Of a stretch of DNA of 64,000 nt, positions 1-9,508 are shown in pieces. Position 1 is the stretch's first letter. The number at the start of each line of letters is the position of its first letter. The position numbers were made by a program, and so were the translations under genes. The stretch comes from an uncultured Acidimicrobiaceae bacterium. GTDB lineage: Bacteria > Actinomycetota > Acidimicrobiia > Acidimicrobiales > RAAP-2. The DNA is taken from positions 781,357-845,356 of the forward strand of contig CAVWHF010000004.1 in assembly GCA_963754755.1 (NCBI GenBank), written 5' to 3'. The notes under the pieces are model-generated. The model did not search any database. It saw only the letters and a program-made list of their open reading frames with translations, and was not told the origin of the DNA.

Positions 1-3
1 TGC

Positions 4-882
4 TCACGAGCTCCCGTCTCCCGGCGCGGACGGCTCGAGGGGAGGTGCGGGCGCGGCGATCGACGATGCCTCACTGCCTCCGTCGACCTCGAACACCTTG
101 CCGGTGACCCATGACGATGCATCCGATACCAGGTAGAGGACGGCGCAGGCGATGTCCTCGGGCTCCCCGGGCCGAGCCATGGGTGTGCCGTCGATGAACT
201 GTTGCCGGAGGGTGTCGTCCGTGAGCACGATGTCGAGGGACCGGGTGGCGACGCCGCCCACGTCGATGGCGTTCACCCGCACCCGTGGGGCCAGTTCGGG
301 GGCGATGTTGCGGGTCATGCGGTCGAGGGCGGCCTTGGCCGCCCCGTAGGCGACGAACATGGTCTGGGTCATACTGGCGGAGCGGGACGAGATGTTCACC
401 ACGGCCCCCCGGCCGACGGTGTCGACCATGTGGCGGGCAGCCAGTTTCGTGAGCGTCAGCGGTGCCGTCACGTTGAAGGCGAAGGTGCGGGCCATGAACC
501 CCTCGCTGGTGGCCATCGCCGCCCGGGGCATGGCCCCTCCGGCGTTGTTGACCAGGATGTCCAGCCGACCGAAGGTGTTGACCGTCGAGGTGACCAGGTG
601 CGCGCACGCGGCGGCGTCGATCACGTCGGTGGGCACGACCAACGCCTGGCGACCGATGGTCCTGATGCGGTCGGCCACCTCCTCGAGGTCGGACTCGGTC
701 CGCGCCGCCAGGGCCACATCGGCACCGGCCTCGGCCAGTCCGATGGCGATCCCCCTCCCGATGCCCAGACCGGCTCCGGTGACGATTGCCACCCGACCCC
801 CGATCCCGAACCGATCGAGGATCACCGGGTCACACCCTGGGTCATACCCATGCTCATGACGTACCATCCTTCGCTCGTTCAA
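4..882 (-). CDS. SDR-family short-chain dehydrogenase/reductase
   Basis: 292-aa ORF with Rossmann motif VTGAGLGIGRG, NNAG, and catalytic YGAAKAAL (YxxxK). Stop at 4-6. The start may be the internal Met at 867. Confidence 0.9.
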   Translation of the reverse strand: MNERRMVRHEHGYDPGCDPVILDRFGIGGRVAIVTGAGLGIGRGIAIGLAEAGADVALAARTESDLEEVADRIRTIGRQALVVPTDVIDAAACAHLVTSTVNTFGRLDILVNNAGGAMPRAAMATSEGFMARTFAFNVTAPLTLTKLAARHMVDTVGRGAVVNISSRSASMTQTMFVAYGAAKAALDRMTRNIAPELAPRVRVNAIDVGGVATRSLDIVLTDDTLRQQFIDGTPMARPGEPEDIACAVLYLVSDASSWVTGKVFEVDGGSEASSIAAPAPPLEPSAPGDGSS

Positions 883-983
883 CCGGCAGCACCCGGAATG
901 ATGCCATGGCCACCGGGTCGGGATCCGGGGCCCGGGAACAGTCCTCCATCAACCGGCGCCGGTCGGCTCAGTAACATCCTCTG

Positions 984-1853
984 ATGAGCCTGCTGTTCGC
1001 TCTCCTCGCCGCGTTCGCCAACGCCGTGAACGTGGCCACGCAACACGTGGCCAGTACCGGTGACCCCGAGCAGTCCACGGGGTGGCGCTTCGTCCGCTAC
1101 CTGGTCAGGAACCCGCTGTGGCTGTTCGGCGGCGCCGCGCTCATCGGTGCGTTCGCCTTTCAGGCCATCGCCCTCCACATCGGCACCATCTCCGTCGTGC
1201 AGACCCTCCTCATGACTGAGCTGTTGTTCTCCCTGGTCATCCGGCGGGTGTGGATCCGGCAGCCCGTCAGCGGCAAGGCCTGGGGCTCGGCCCTCCTGAC
1301 CGCTGTGGCCGTGTCGGTGTTCATCGTCGCCGCCGAACCCCGGGGTGGGCAGGCCGCGCCGAACCCGGGGGACTGGGTGGCCTCGATCCTGTCGTGTGCC
1401 GGCGTGGCCGGACTGCTCGCCCTGCTGGGCACCCGGGGGACGCCGGGGCGACGCGCCGTCCTGTTCGCCACGTCGGCGTCGGTGGTCTGGGCCCTGGAAG
1501 CGACGTTCATCAAGGCCATGACGGACACCCTGACCCAACACGGGATCGGAGGAGCCTTCCTCCGGTGGCCGATCTACGCCGTGGCCATAACCGGTGTGGC
1601 CGGGGCGCTCCTGACCCAGACGGCCCTGCATGTCGGCCCTCTCCGGGCATCACAGCCGTTTCTGGTCATCGTGGACCCGCTGGTCAGCATCGTCCTCAGC
1701 GTCTACCTCTTCGGCGAGTACTTCACGTCGGATCCGGTAGATCTCATGGTGGCATCCATGGCCTTCGTCCTCCTGTGTGTCGGCGTGGTGCTGTTGACCA
1801 GGACGGTGCCCGAGACCATGGAACGAGGCGGCCGAGCCGACCGGCCTGGGTAG
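984..1853 (+). CDS. Multi-pass integral membrane protein (DMT/EamA-like architecture suspected)
   Basis: 289-aa ORF that is hydrophobic throughout, with about 8-9 predicted helices and high GC3. No diagnostic motif recognised. Confidence 0.6.
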   Translation: MSLLFALLAAFANAVNVATQHVASTGDPEQSTGWRFVRYLVRNPLWLFGGAALIGAFAFQAIALHIGTISVVQTLLMTELLFSLVIRRVWIRQPVSGKAWGSALLTAVAVSVFIVAAEPRGGQAAPNPGDWVASILSCAGVAGLLALLGTRGTPGRRAVLFATSASVVWALEATFIKAMTDTLTQHGIGGAFLRWPIYAVAITGVAGALLTQTALHVGPLRASQPFLVIVDPLVSIVLSVYLFGEYFTSDPVDLMVASMAFVLLCVGVVLLTRTVPETMERGGRADRPG

Positions 1854-1862
1854 GGTGGCCCG

Positions 1863-2159
1863 GTGATCATCGTCACCGGCAGCGTTCACGCCCGACCCGA
1901 GACCATCGACGAGGCGGAGGCCCTCAGTCTCGCCCATGTGCGCCGATCGCGACAGGAACCCGGTTGCCTCGCCCATTCCGTACACCGTGACATCGAAGAC
2001 GAGCTCCGCCTGGTATTCGTCGAACAGTGGGCCGACGCCGACGCACTCCGGGCGCACTTCGAGGTGCAGGCCTCCAACGACTTCGTACGCGAGGTCAGCG
2101 CCCTGGCCGACAGGAGGCCGGACATGGCCATCTTCACTGCCGAGGTGGCCACGCTGTAG
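1863..2159 (+). CDS. Antibiotic-biosynthesis-monooxygenase (ABM) domain protein
   Basis: 98-aa ORF with a GTG start. The typical ABM pattern is present: IIVTGSV..., EPGCLAHSVHRD, LRLVFVEQWADADALRAH. Confidence 0.75.
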   Translation: MIIVTGSVHARPETIDEAEALSLAHVRRSRQEPGCLAHSVHRDIEDELRLVFVEQWADADALRAHFEVQASNDFVREVSALADRRPDMAIFTAEVATL

Positions 2160-2300
2160 GAGCGCAGATGTCCGTTGCGGTGGGCAGTCACCGGCATCAC
2201 CACGGGCGCAACCGGGCCGGCCGCGTTACGGTGCTTGCGCAACGTCCCGCCGGTGTCCGACACGGAACACGATCCCGATCGTCCGCCCGGTCTCCGGCTG

Positions 2301-3245
2301 ATGCCCACAACACGGCTTGGAGCCCTCGTGAAATTCTCGGTCACCTATCCCATGATCACCCATCCCGCCAGCCCGGAGCTCATGACCCGGAAAGCCATCT
2401 CGGCCTTCGCCCGGACCGCCGAAGCCGCCGGGTTCGACGGCATCGGGTTCACCGACCATCCGGCGCCGACCGACCGGTGGCTCAAGGCCGGGGGACACGA
2501 CGCCCTGGACCCCTTCGTGGCACTGGCGTTCTGCTGCGCGGTGACGGAGCGGATCCGCCTGATACCCAATATCGTCGTGCTCCCCTACCGGCACCCCCTC
2601 ATCGTCGCCAAGACGGTGGCCACCCTGGCCATGCTGTCGGATGACCGCTTCACCCTGGCCGTGGCCACCGGCTACCTCCGGGGCGAGTACCAGGGCCTCG
2701 GCATCGACTTCGAGCAGCGCAACGCCCTCTTCGACCAGGCCGTGGAGGTCCTCCGGGGCATGTGGACCCGGGACGACTTCTCCTTCGCCGGGATCGGCAT
2801 CGACGCCAAGGGGCTGACCGCGAATCCCAAGCCCCGTACCCCACCACCGATCTGGATCGGCGGGAACAGCAAGCTGTCCCGACGGCGGGTGGCCCGCTAC
2901 GGGGACGGATGGACGCCCTTTCCGGCGCCGAGGTCCCTCTCCGCCACCACGAAGACACCCCCGCTCGAGACGGTGGAGGACCTTGCCGCCATGCTGGACG
3001 AACTCTGGCAGTTCGTCGACGATGAGGGACGCGACCGGTCGGACTTCGATGTCGCCTTCAGTACCTCGGCCGGGGGTCGACTGGACGACCACTTCGACGC
3101 CGACGCCCACGGGGCTGCACTCGAGGAACTGGCCGCACTGGGTGTAACCTGGGTCGGAGTTTCCGTCCCGGGCGCATCGCCGGCTCAGTCCCTCGAGGGA
3201 CTGGAGCGCTACGGGGCGTCGGTGATCGCCCCCCACCGGTCGTGA
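2301..3245 (+). CDS. LLM-class (luciferase-like) F420-dependent oxidoreductase
   Basis: Lies within ORF 2175..3245. Luciferase-like TIM-barrel pattern is present (GFDGIGFTDHP, VLPYRHPL, IWIGGNS, RRVARYGDGW). ATG 2301 and GTG 2328 are both in-frame start candidates. Confidence 0.8.
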   Translation: MPTTRLGALVKFSVTYPMITHPASPELMTRKAISAFARTAEAAGFDGIGFTDHPAPTDRWLKAGGHDALDPFVALAFCCAVTERIRLIPNIVVLPYRHPLIVAKTVATLAMLSDDRFTLAVATGYLRGEYQGLGIDFEQRNALFDQAVEVLRGMWTRDDFSFAGIGIDAKGLTANPKPRTPPPIWIGGNSKLSRRRVARYGDGWTPFPAPRSLSATTKTPPLETVEDLAAMLDELWQFVDDEGRDRSDFDVAFSTSAGGRLDDHFDADAHGAALEELAALGVTWVGVSVPGASPAQSLEGLERYGASVIAPHRS

Positions 3246-3269
3246 CCGGCTCGGGACCCGCTCCGGCCG

Positions 3270-3770
3270 TCAGCCGTCGCCGGCACCCCATCCGAGCTCA
3301 TCGGCCAGCAACAGGAGCACACGGTTGGGCAGTCGTTCGCCCCGCTCGAGGAGCTTGAGGCAGCCCTGGACGTAGGCCTTCCGGGCCTCCTCGACGCCCC
3401 GGGTCGGGACGGGCCCGGCGGCGGGAGGGCGGATGCCGATGATCTCGGCCAGGTCCGCCGGTGGGTCGCCGGCGACGCCCTCTCCGAGCAGCGATTCGAT
3501 GGCGCGGAGCATGTACCTCCTCGGTGGCGATCCCTGTTCCCATCGGGCCACTGACTGCTGGGTCACCCCGAGCTGGTCGGCCAATTCCCGCTGGGTCATC
3601 CCGTGGCCCAGGCGAAAGGAGCGGATCCGCTCGGCGAGCCCACCGGACGGCTCCAACGTGTACTCGTGTGTATCCACTAGTTGTTCACGGTACCGCCATA
3701 CGTGTGGGCTGACAAGGCCCGGGCCCGGGGTCGGGTGTGGGGCGTGTCGAACTACAACGATGTTATTCAC
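3270..3770 (-). CDS. XRE-family helix-turn-helix transcriptional regulator
   Basis: 166-aa ORF with the HTH GHGMTQRELADQLGVTQQSVARWEQG. Confidence 0.8.
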   Translation of the reverse strand: MNNIVVVRHAPHPTPGPGLVSPHVWRYREQLVDTHEYTLEPSGGLAERIRSFRLGHGMTQRELADQLGVTQQSVARWEQGSPPRRYMLRAIESLLGEGVAGDPPADLAEIIGIRPPAAGPVPTRGVEEARKAYVQGCLKLLERGERLPNRVLLLLADELGWGAGDG

Positions 3771-3835
3771 AACGTGCGGATAGGGGTGCCGGGGGTGTAG
3801 GCGTCCGCAATCCCCACGGGAGGCGGGTCGAGCGG

Positions 3836-4276
3836 CTACCGAATCGGCAGGGTGAGCACCGCGCTACCCGTCACGTGATCTCCCAGCGGGGTGGAGGCGT
3901 TGAGCTCCACGTCCACGATCCCCTCGTCTCCCTCGGTCCGGGTGGCGGTCACGGAGCCCGAATAGGTGAGGACCGTGTCGGGGAAGAGGGGGACGCCAAG
4001 CCGAATCGCCAATCTCCTGATCATCGCTTCGGGACCGGCCCAGTCCGTGAGGAACCGGCTGCAGTACCCGGTGTCGGACAGGATGTTCATGAAGATGTCC
4101 GGGGCCCCCTGCGAGTTGGCATAGGACCGGTCATGGTGGACGGGCATGAAGTCGCGGGAGGCGATTGCCCCGGCCACGATCCGGGTGGCGGTGACGACGA
4201 CGACCAGATCGGGCAGGCGGTCCCCCACGGCGATGTCCCGCCACGCCGGCGTGGATCTGGGGGCGCGGCCGGTCAC
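3836..4276 (-). CDS. MaoC-like (R)-hydratase/dehydratase, catalytic hot-dog subunit (HadB-like)
   Basis: This is the C-terminal 146 aa of ORF 3836..5032. It carries a hydratase-2-like motif RDFMPVHHD. The GTG start at 4276 overlaps the upstream stop (GTGA). Confidence 0.8.
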   Translation of the reverse strand: MTGRAPRSTPAWRDIAVGDRLPDLVVVVTATRIVAGAIASRDFMPVHHDRSYANSQGAPDIFMNILSDTGYCSRFLTDWAGPEAMIRRLAIRLGVPLFPDTVLTYSGSVTATRTEGDEGIVDVELNASTPLGDHVTGSAVLTLPIR

Positions 4277-4911
4277 GCCGGCGCCTGTGGCTTGAACTTG
4301 AGGATCCGGAACCGTTGCCGACCCACGACTTCGCCCGATCCCACCACGTAGGTGGTGACCCAGGTCACGAAGTAGCCGGGACCGAGGCGGGTGGCCTTCC
4401 TCGGCGAGATCGATTCGATGACGGTCGAGGCGGTCACCCGCTCCCCCAGCCGGAGGTAGCGCTCGATGTCGAACTCGGTGTTGGAAGCCAACGTGCCGGT
4501 GAACCCGGCGTCGTCCAGGACGGCCAGGGGACCGGCGCCGGTTGATTCGACCGGGGAGCCACCCCGTTCGGCGATACCGGTGATGGTCGGTGTCGCCATG
4601 GTCCAGGTCTGCAGCATCAAAGGCGGCGCCACCACCTGCCCGAACCGGGTCGTCGAGGCGGCGTCGGGATCGGTGTAGACGGGGTTGGCGTCGTCGAAGG
4701 CCGTCGCCCAGTGACGGATCATGGGCTGGTTGACCGGGTCGGGACCGACCGATGGCCCCGTCGATCCGACCGGGCTCCCGATCAGGGCCGCCAGCTGCCG
4801 GCGGAACGCCTCCGTCTCCGGACCGTCCGCCTCGTTCGGTTCGTCCATCTGCTGATCCCCCGTGGCCGGTGCCAGGACCACGACGAGCCGGGTCCGATCG
4901 ACGACGGACAC
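4273..4911 (-). CDS. MaoC N-terminal-like hot-dog protein (HadA/HadC-like partner subunit)
   Basis: 212-aa ORF with a FAS1-like dehydratase N-domain pattern (IRHWATAFDDANPVYTD). It is translationally coupled to the downstream MaoC gene. An alternative start exists at 4848. Confidence 0.7.
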   Translation of the reverse strand: MSVVDRTRLVVVLAPATGDQQMDEPNEADGPETEAFRRQLAALIGSPVGSTGPSVGPDPVNQPMIRHWATAFDDANPVYTDPDAASTTRFGQVVAPPLMLQTWTMATPTITGIAERGGSPVESTGAGPLAVLDDAGFTGTLASNTEFDIERYLRLGERVTASTVIESISPRKATRLGPGYFVTWVTTYVVGSGEVVGRQRFRILKFKPQAPA

Positions 4912-4997
4912 TACCGGACCGGAGCCCCGGCCATGACACGATCACCCACGTTCCGACTCCGGCCACCGCTTCAGTGACGCCGCTTCGGCGTGAAGGG

Positions 4998-5402
4998 CTA
5001 GGGCCCGGGTGAGAGGTGGTCCGCAGCCTCACCCCGGGATACCCGGGCGAACCGGCTGGCCAGCTGGTGGGACACCCCGAAGGCCTTGCCGATGTCGCTG
5101 ACGGTCCGACCTTCGGCCATCAGGGCGGTAGCCGCCGAGGCCCGGGTGGTACGGCGGCGCGCTTCGAACTCCTCGAGCAGACCGCTTATCCTCCGGCTCC
5201 AGGTAGCCGAGTCCCGCAACTCGAAGGACTCGGTCAGGCTCATTCCCCCCTCGATGTCCTCGACGGCCTGGGCGTTCATGGCGTTGAACTCGATCAGTCC
5301 GGACGCCAGGCGCTCGCCGGCCCGCGTGTAGGCCCGTACGTCTTGCAGGAACTGGTCACGGGGATCGGGCATCGGAATGATCCTATTGGCTGGATCCCCC
5401 AC
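4998..5402 (-). CDS. Hypothetical protein with C-terminal helix-turn-helix
   Basis: 134-aa ORF whose C-terminus reads LMAEGRTVSDIGKAFGVSHQLASRF, which is HTH-like. An alternative start exists at 5372. Confidence 0.55.
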   Translation of the reverse strand: MGDPANRIIPMPDPRDQFLQDVRAYTRAGERLASGLIEFNAMNAQAVEDIEGGMSLTESFELRDSATWSRRISGLLEEFEARRRTTRASAATALMAEGRTVSDIGKAFGVSHQLASRFARVSRGEAADHLSPGP

Positions 5403-5783
5403 CGATCGAGGGCCGAACCCCGCGGACCCATCGCCTGCGCCGGCGATTCGGGGCCAGCCCCGATCGGCTCCCCCAGAACAAGAGTGCCCCGGGCCGGCCT
5501 ATGTGGCGCGGTTGGCGGGAACCGGTCACAACTGGTGGCGGAACCAGGGCCGACCCGAGGCGGGGTCAACGTAGCATTGCAACACCTGTTGCGGGCAGAG
5601 TTGGCGGCAGCGTGGCGACGCCTCCCACCGATCCCGGGCACGGGCCTGAGCTGACGCCGCCGGAGAATTGAGCCACAGAACTGGGATGACGGCACGGCTC
5701 ACGACGATCAGCGCCGGGGCGGTGCCGGGAGGCAACTCCCGCTCGAGCGGTTCCCCGCTCGACCTCACCGGCCCGCGGAGGGC

Positions 5784-6905
5784 TCAGCCACCCACGGTTG
5801 ACTGTGCGGCCACCCGGTCGAGGGTGCGGGCGTCTGCGGGGAGCAAGTATCCTTCCTTGACCTCGGCGGCCGTCGCCGCGTCCCATTTGGCAACGAAGGC
5901 GGCGTGGGTCGGATACAGGGCGGAGAGGTGGGTGGCGGTGAACGGAACCGTCGTCCCCAGGATGCCGCACAACGTTCCGCTGGATATGGAGTCGGAGTTA
6001 CTCGGTTGACTCCCCAACGAGGTGGAGCCCGGTTGGCCAACACCCGACAGGGTGGCCACTGGCGCTTGGACCTGGGGGGTCCGGATCCCGCCCAGTGCGT
6101 TGCCGTTGCTGTCGGTCAGGAACACATGCCGGTTGGCCGGGTTCACCTCGAGACGAGGGGACTGACGGGGTGCGGCCCCAGTGGCCATCCAGTGGTTGAC
6201 GTCGGCCAGCGCCGCCCGGAGCTCGTAGGTGTGGGACCCAGCGTTGACCGGGGCCGGACAGTCGACGATGCCGGGAATCGGGTTGCTCGGCGGATCGGAC
6301 ATCGACTGGAACGAGTCGGTATCGGCGACTCCGTTGCCGGTGTCCGCCCGCGCGTAGAGGAGGCCGTAGGTATCGTCGTGGGCGGTTCCGACCGTCTCCC
6401 ACTCCCGGATGTACCGGGTCGCCGGCTGGCGGGCGGACAGGTAGCCGAGGTCGAGCAGATCCGTCTCGGTCTCGAAGAGGAAGACCGGCACATGAAGGTC
6501 GGTTCGGATGTAGGTGGGGGTCGGGGTCGTGATCGTCGCCTGCGGCGATTGCGAAAGATCGGAGCTGTTCCCACCCCGGCTGTAGACGAAGTAGGCGTCG
6601 TAGATCCCCGGTGAGCGGGACTGGAGGGCGTCGATGTAGGTCACGAGTCGAAAGGCGGACTGTGACTCCCCCAGCGCCAGGACCCGCTGGGGATGCAGGC
6701 CCCCGAGCAGTTCTGACCCCGAGGTGTGGAGAGCCTGACCGGTCTGCTGAAAGATGCTGTACGAGTAGCTGTCGCCGGGATGTTGCAGGGATCCGTAGCG
6801 AGCGGGGTCCGTTTGCTTGATGGGACCTGCACCCGCGGCCCCGGCGATCGAACCCGCTTCACCGTTGATCCCCCCGGCCTGCGCGTCGACGCCCACGTAG
6901 GCCGC
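5784..6905 (-). pseudogene. Alpha/beta-hydrolase-domain protein, 5'-truncated fragment
   Basis: Family-like sequence (AAYVGVDAQAGGING...DPARYGSLQHPGDSYSYSIFQQ...) occupies only the distal ~374 codons of ORF 5784..7244. The upstream 113 codons are antisense to the MFS fragment. There is no native start or signal peptide. Confidence 0.65.
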
Positions 6906-7574
6906 CTGCTGGCCGGCGGGGTGCTCGTGGCCTTCCTCGGCATGGCTTGGCTGAGCCGGTTGTCGCCCACGACCCCGTTCTTCCCCCAGATCGTGGTGCC
7001 CATGACCCTTCTCGGCATCGGCATCGGATCGGCGCTGGTTCCTCTGACCAGCGCCGGTATCGCCGGCGTGGAGGAGAAGAATGCCGGAGCAGCCTCCGGA
7101 CTGGTGAACGTCGCCCAGCAGCTCGGCGGATCCCTCGGACTCAGCATCCTCATAACAGTGTTCGCCGCCGCCAACCCGAGCCGGGCGGGCCGCCCCGGCG
7201 CCGTCGCCCCGATCCGATCGGTGGTCCAGTGGAACCTGGCCCACGATGTGGCCGCCGCCTTGAGAGGCTCGGCCGTCTTTCTGGCCCTGGCCCTCGTGGT
7301 GATCGTCGCCACCATGCGGCCGGGGGTGCCCGAGGCCACCCTCGACTCCCCGGGGATCGAGGAGGGCGACGAACGGCTCGAGCTCGTCGTCGACTCAACC
7401 TCACCCGGCCCGTCCCAGCCTGCCGGCGCAGTTCGTCGGGTGCACGGCCGGATGGCCGGTGACCCTACGCTGAGGGGAGTGGAACGCGGGCCCTTCACCG
7501 ACCGCTTCGGCCAGCACATGGCCACCGGCGCCACGCGCCAGGCGGTGACCGGGACCGCCCGGGAGGCGGTGTGA
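6900..7574 (+). pseudogene. MFS (DHA2-type) transporter, C-terminal fragment only
   Basis: Lies within ORF 6726..7574. Only the last ~4 TM helices are present (LLAGGVLVAFLGMAWLSRL, PMTLLGIGIGSALVPLTSAGIAGV, GAASGLVNVAQQLGGSLGLSIL). About 330 N-terminal codons are missing. Confidence 0.65.
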
Positions 7575-8500
7575 CCGCGACCGCCCGGGCGGTGCGCTTC
7601 GACCGGTACGGCGACCGGGAGGTCCTGTACGTCGCCGACATCCCCATGCCCACCCCGGTGGCTGGTGAGGTGGTGGTGGCGGTCAAGGCCGCCGGCATCA
7701 ACCCGGGCGAGGCCTCGATACGTCGGGGACTGCTCCACAAGCGGTTCCCGGCGACCTTTCCCTCCGGCCAGGGAAGCGATCTGGCCGGCGTCGTCACCGA
7801 GCTGGGTGACGGAGTCGACCGGTGGGCGGTCGGCGACGACGTGCTGGGCTTCTCGATGCGGCGTTCCAGTCACGCCACTCACGTCGCCGTCCCCGAGGAT
7901 CAACTGGTCCGCAAGCCTCCCGCTCTCGGCTGGGAGGTGGCCGGCTCGCTCTACGTCGTGGCCTGCACGGCCTACGCCGCGGTGCGGGCGGTCGAAGCCG
8001 GTCCCGGCGACACCGTGGCCGTCTCGGCCGCCGCCGGAGGAGTCGGCAGCCTCGTGGTCCAGCTTCTCCAGGTACGGGGAGCCCGGGCCCTCGGCATCGC
8101 CTCACCGGCCAATGCCGAGTGGCTGAGCGCCCATGGAGCCATCCCCGTGGCATACGGCGAGGGACTGGCCGAGCGGCTACAGGAGGAAGCGCCGGGAGGT
8201 ATCGACGCCTTCATCGACCTGTTCGGACCGGAGTACGTCGACCTGGCCGTCCACCTCGGCATCAGTCCGGAGCGGATCGAGACCATCATCTCGTGGGAGA
8301 AGGCGGAAGAGATCGGGGCCAAGGCCGATGGCAGCGGCACCGCCTCGACCCCCGAAGTCCTCAACGAGATGGCCGAGCTGGTGGCGTCAGGGGCCATCGA
8401 GGTACCCATCGCCGCCACCTTTCCGCTCGACCAGGTGGCCGAGGCCTTCGAACTGCTGGAGGCGCGCCACACCCGGGGAAAGATCGCCCTCATCCCCTGA
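7571..8500 (+). CDS. NADPH:quinone oxidoreductase / zinc-type alcohol dehydrogenase (MDR) family
   Basis: 309-aa ORF with a GTG start in a GTGA overlap. Motifs include GEVVVAVKAAGINPGE, the cofactor motif AAAGGVGS, and a C-terminal HTRGKIAL. Confidence 0.85.
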   Translation: MTATARAVRFDRYGDREVLYVADIPMPTPVAGEVVVAVKAAGINPGEASIRRGLLHKRFPATFPSGQGSDLAGVVTELGDGVDRWAVGDDVLGFSMRRSSHATHVAVPEDQLVRKPPALGWEVAGSLYVVACTAYAAVRAVEAGPGDTVAVSAAAGGVGSLVVQLLQVRGARALGIASPANAEWLSAHGAIPVAYGEGLAERLQEEAPGGIDAFIDLFGPEYVDLAVHLGISPERIETIISWEKAEEIGAKADGSGTASTPEVLNEMAELVASGAIEVPIAATFPLDQVAEAFELLEARHTRGKIALIP

Positions 8501-8606
8501 CGGGGTCCCCCGGGACGCGCCCGGGACTGGTCAGAGGGATGACGGACGGGTTTTTCCCGTGTGGGCAGCGAGAGCACACCAACGGTGCTCGCCCCGCCGG
8601 GCTGGG

Positions 8607-9183
8607 TCAATTGTCAGCGAGAGCGACCCGGGCCAGCGCCTCGACCGGGTCCAGGGCGCCGGGAGCCTGCGCTGCCACCACCGTCCGGCTGGCGTTGGAG
8701 TAGGCGTTGACGATGGAACGACCGGCCGTGGTCATGCCGAACGCCCCGTCCCCGACGCCGGAGATGCTCGGCATGGCGGGCGCCCCGGGGGCGTTGGCGA
8801 CCTGCCCGGCGAAGACCGTTGCCGATTGATGGGCGAAGATGGCCACAGCGGCGTTGCCGGCGCTGCCCGTGTACTCGCAGACGATCCCACCACCCGGTGT
8901 CGGATGGGAGATCGGCCCGGCATAGGAGCCTCCGAGCGCGGCGTTGGCCTGAGCAAGCGTCGGACAGGTTGCGGTCCCCGTGGTCGTTGCTGCGGTGGTC
9001 GGGACCGGAGCGGTGGTGACCGCGCGACCGCGGCGCGGTGGTCGTCGCCACCGGCGCTGTGGTCGTCGGTGGAGACGAGGTCGAAGTGGCGGAAGGAGCG
9101 CCGGACCCGGAGCTGCATCCGGCCAGAAGCAACCCGATCACGAGGGCACCACCCGGCCAGCAGACTCGACCCTTCACCGCCAT
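8607..9183 (-). pseudogene. Secreted lipoprotein, frame-disrupted as sequenced
   Basis: The lipobox LLLAGCSS and Thr/Pro linker are in the frame of ORF 8614..9219. The folded C-terminal part (TCPTLAQANAALGGSYAGP...AIFAHQSATVFAG...) is in the frame of ORF 8607..8846. The frame switches at about 9021-9035. Confidence 0.55.
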
Positions 9184-9508
9184 TGGAGCCACGCTACGGC
9201 CAAGCGGGAAGCCACACAAGTGGTAGTGGTGCGACCACGACCGGGCCGGCCATCAGGGAGTACGTCGTCCGGGGACGCCCGGAGCCCCCAAGGTCGGCCA
9301 CAGCCCGGCGGCGGGCGGGCCCGGTCCCTACAATCGGGGAAGATGACCAACGATGTGAAGCTTGCCGTGCTGCGGGATTCCCCTCCGTGGAGATCGTGAC
9401 CATGCAAGGGCTGGCCCATCGAGACCAGCGAGACGTACCCGTGCCGGGAGAGCAATTGGGCCGCGGTAGACGGGCCCGGTGCGCGTGGGGACCTCCCGGC
9501 CTCATGAC

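Noticed and set aside
6641-7903. 420-aa minus-strand ORF
   Set aside because: It is antisense to the MFS fragment and the quinone oxidoreductase. It has a low-complexity R/P/G/S composition and no domain signal.
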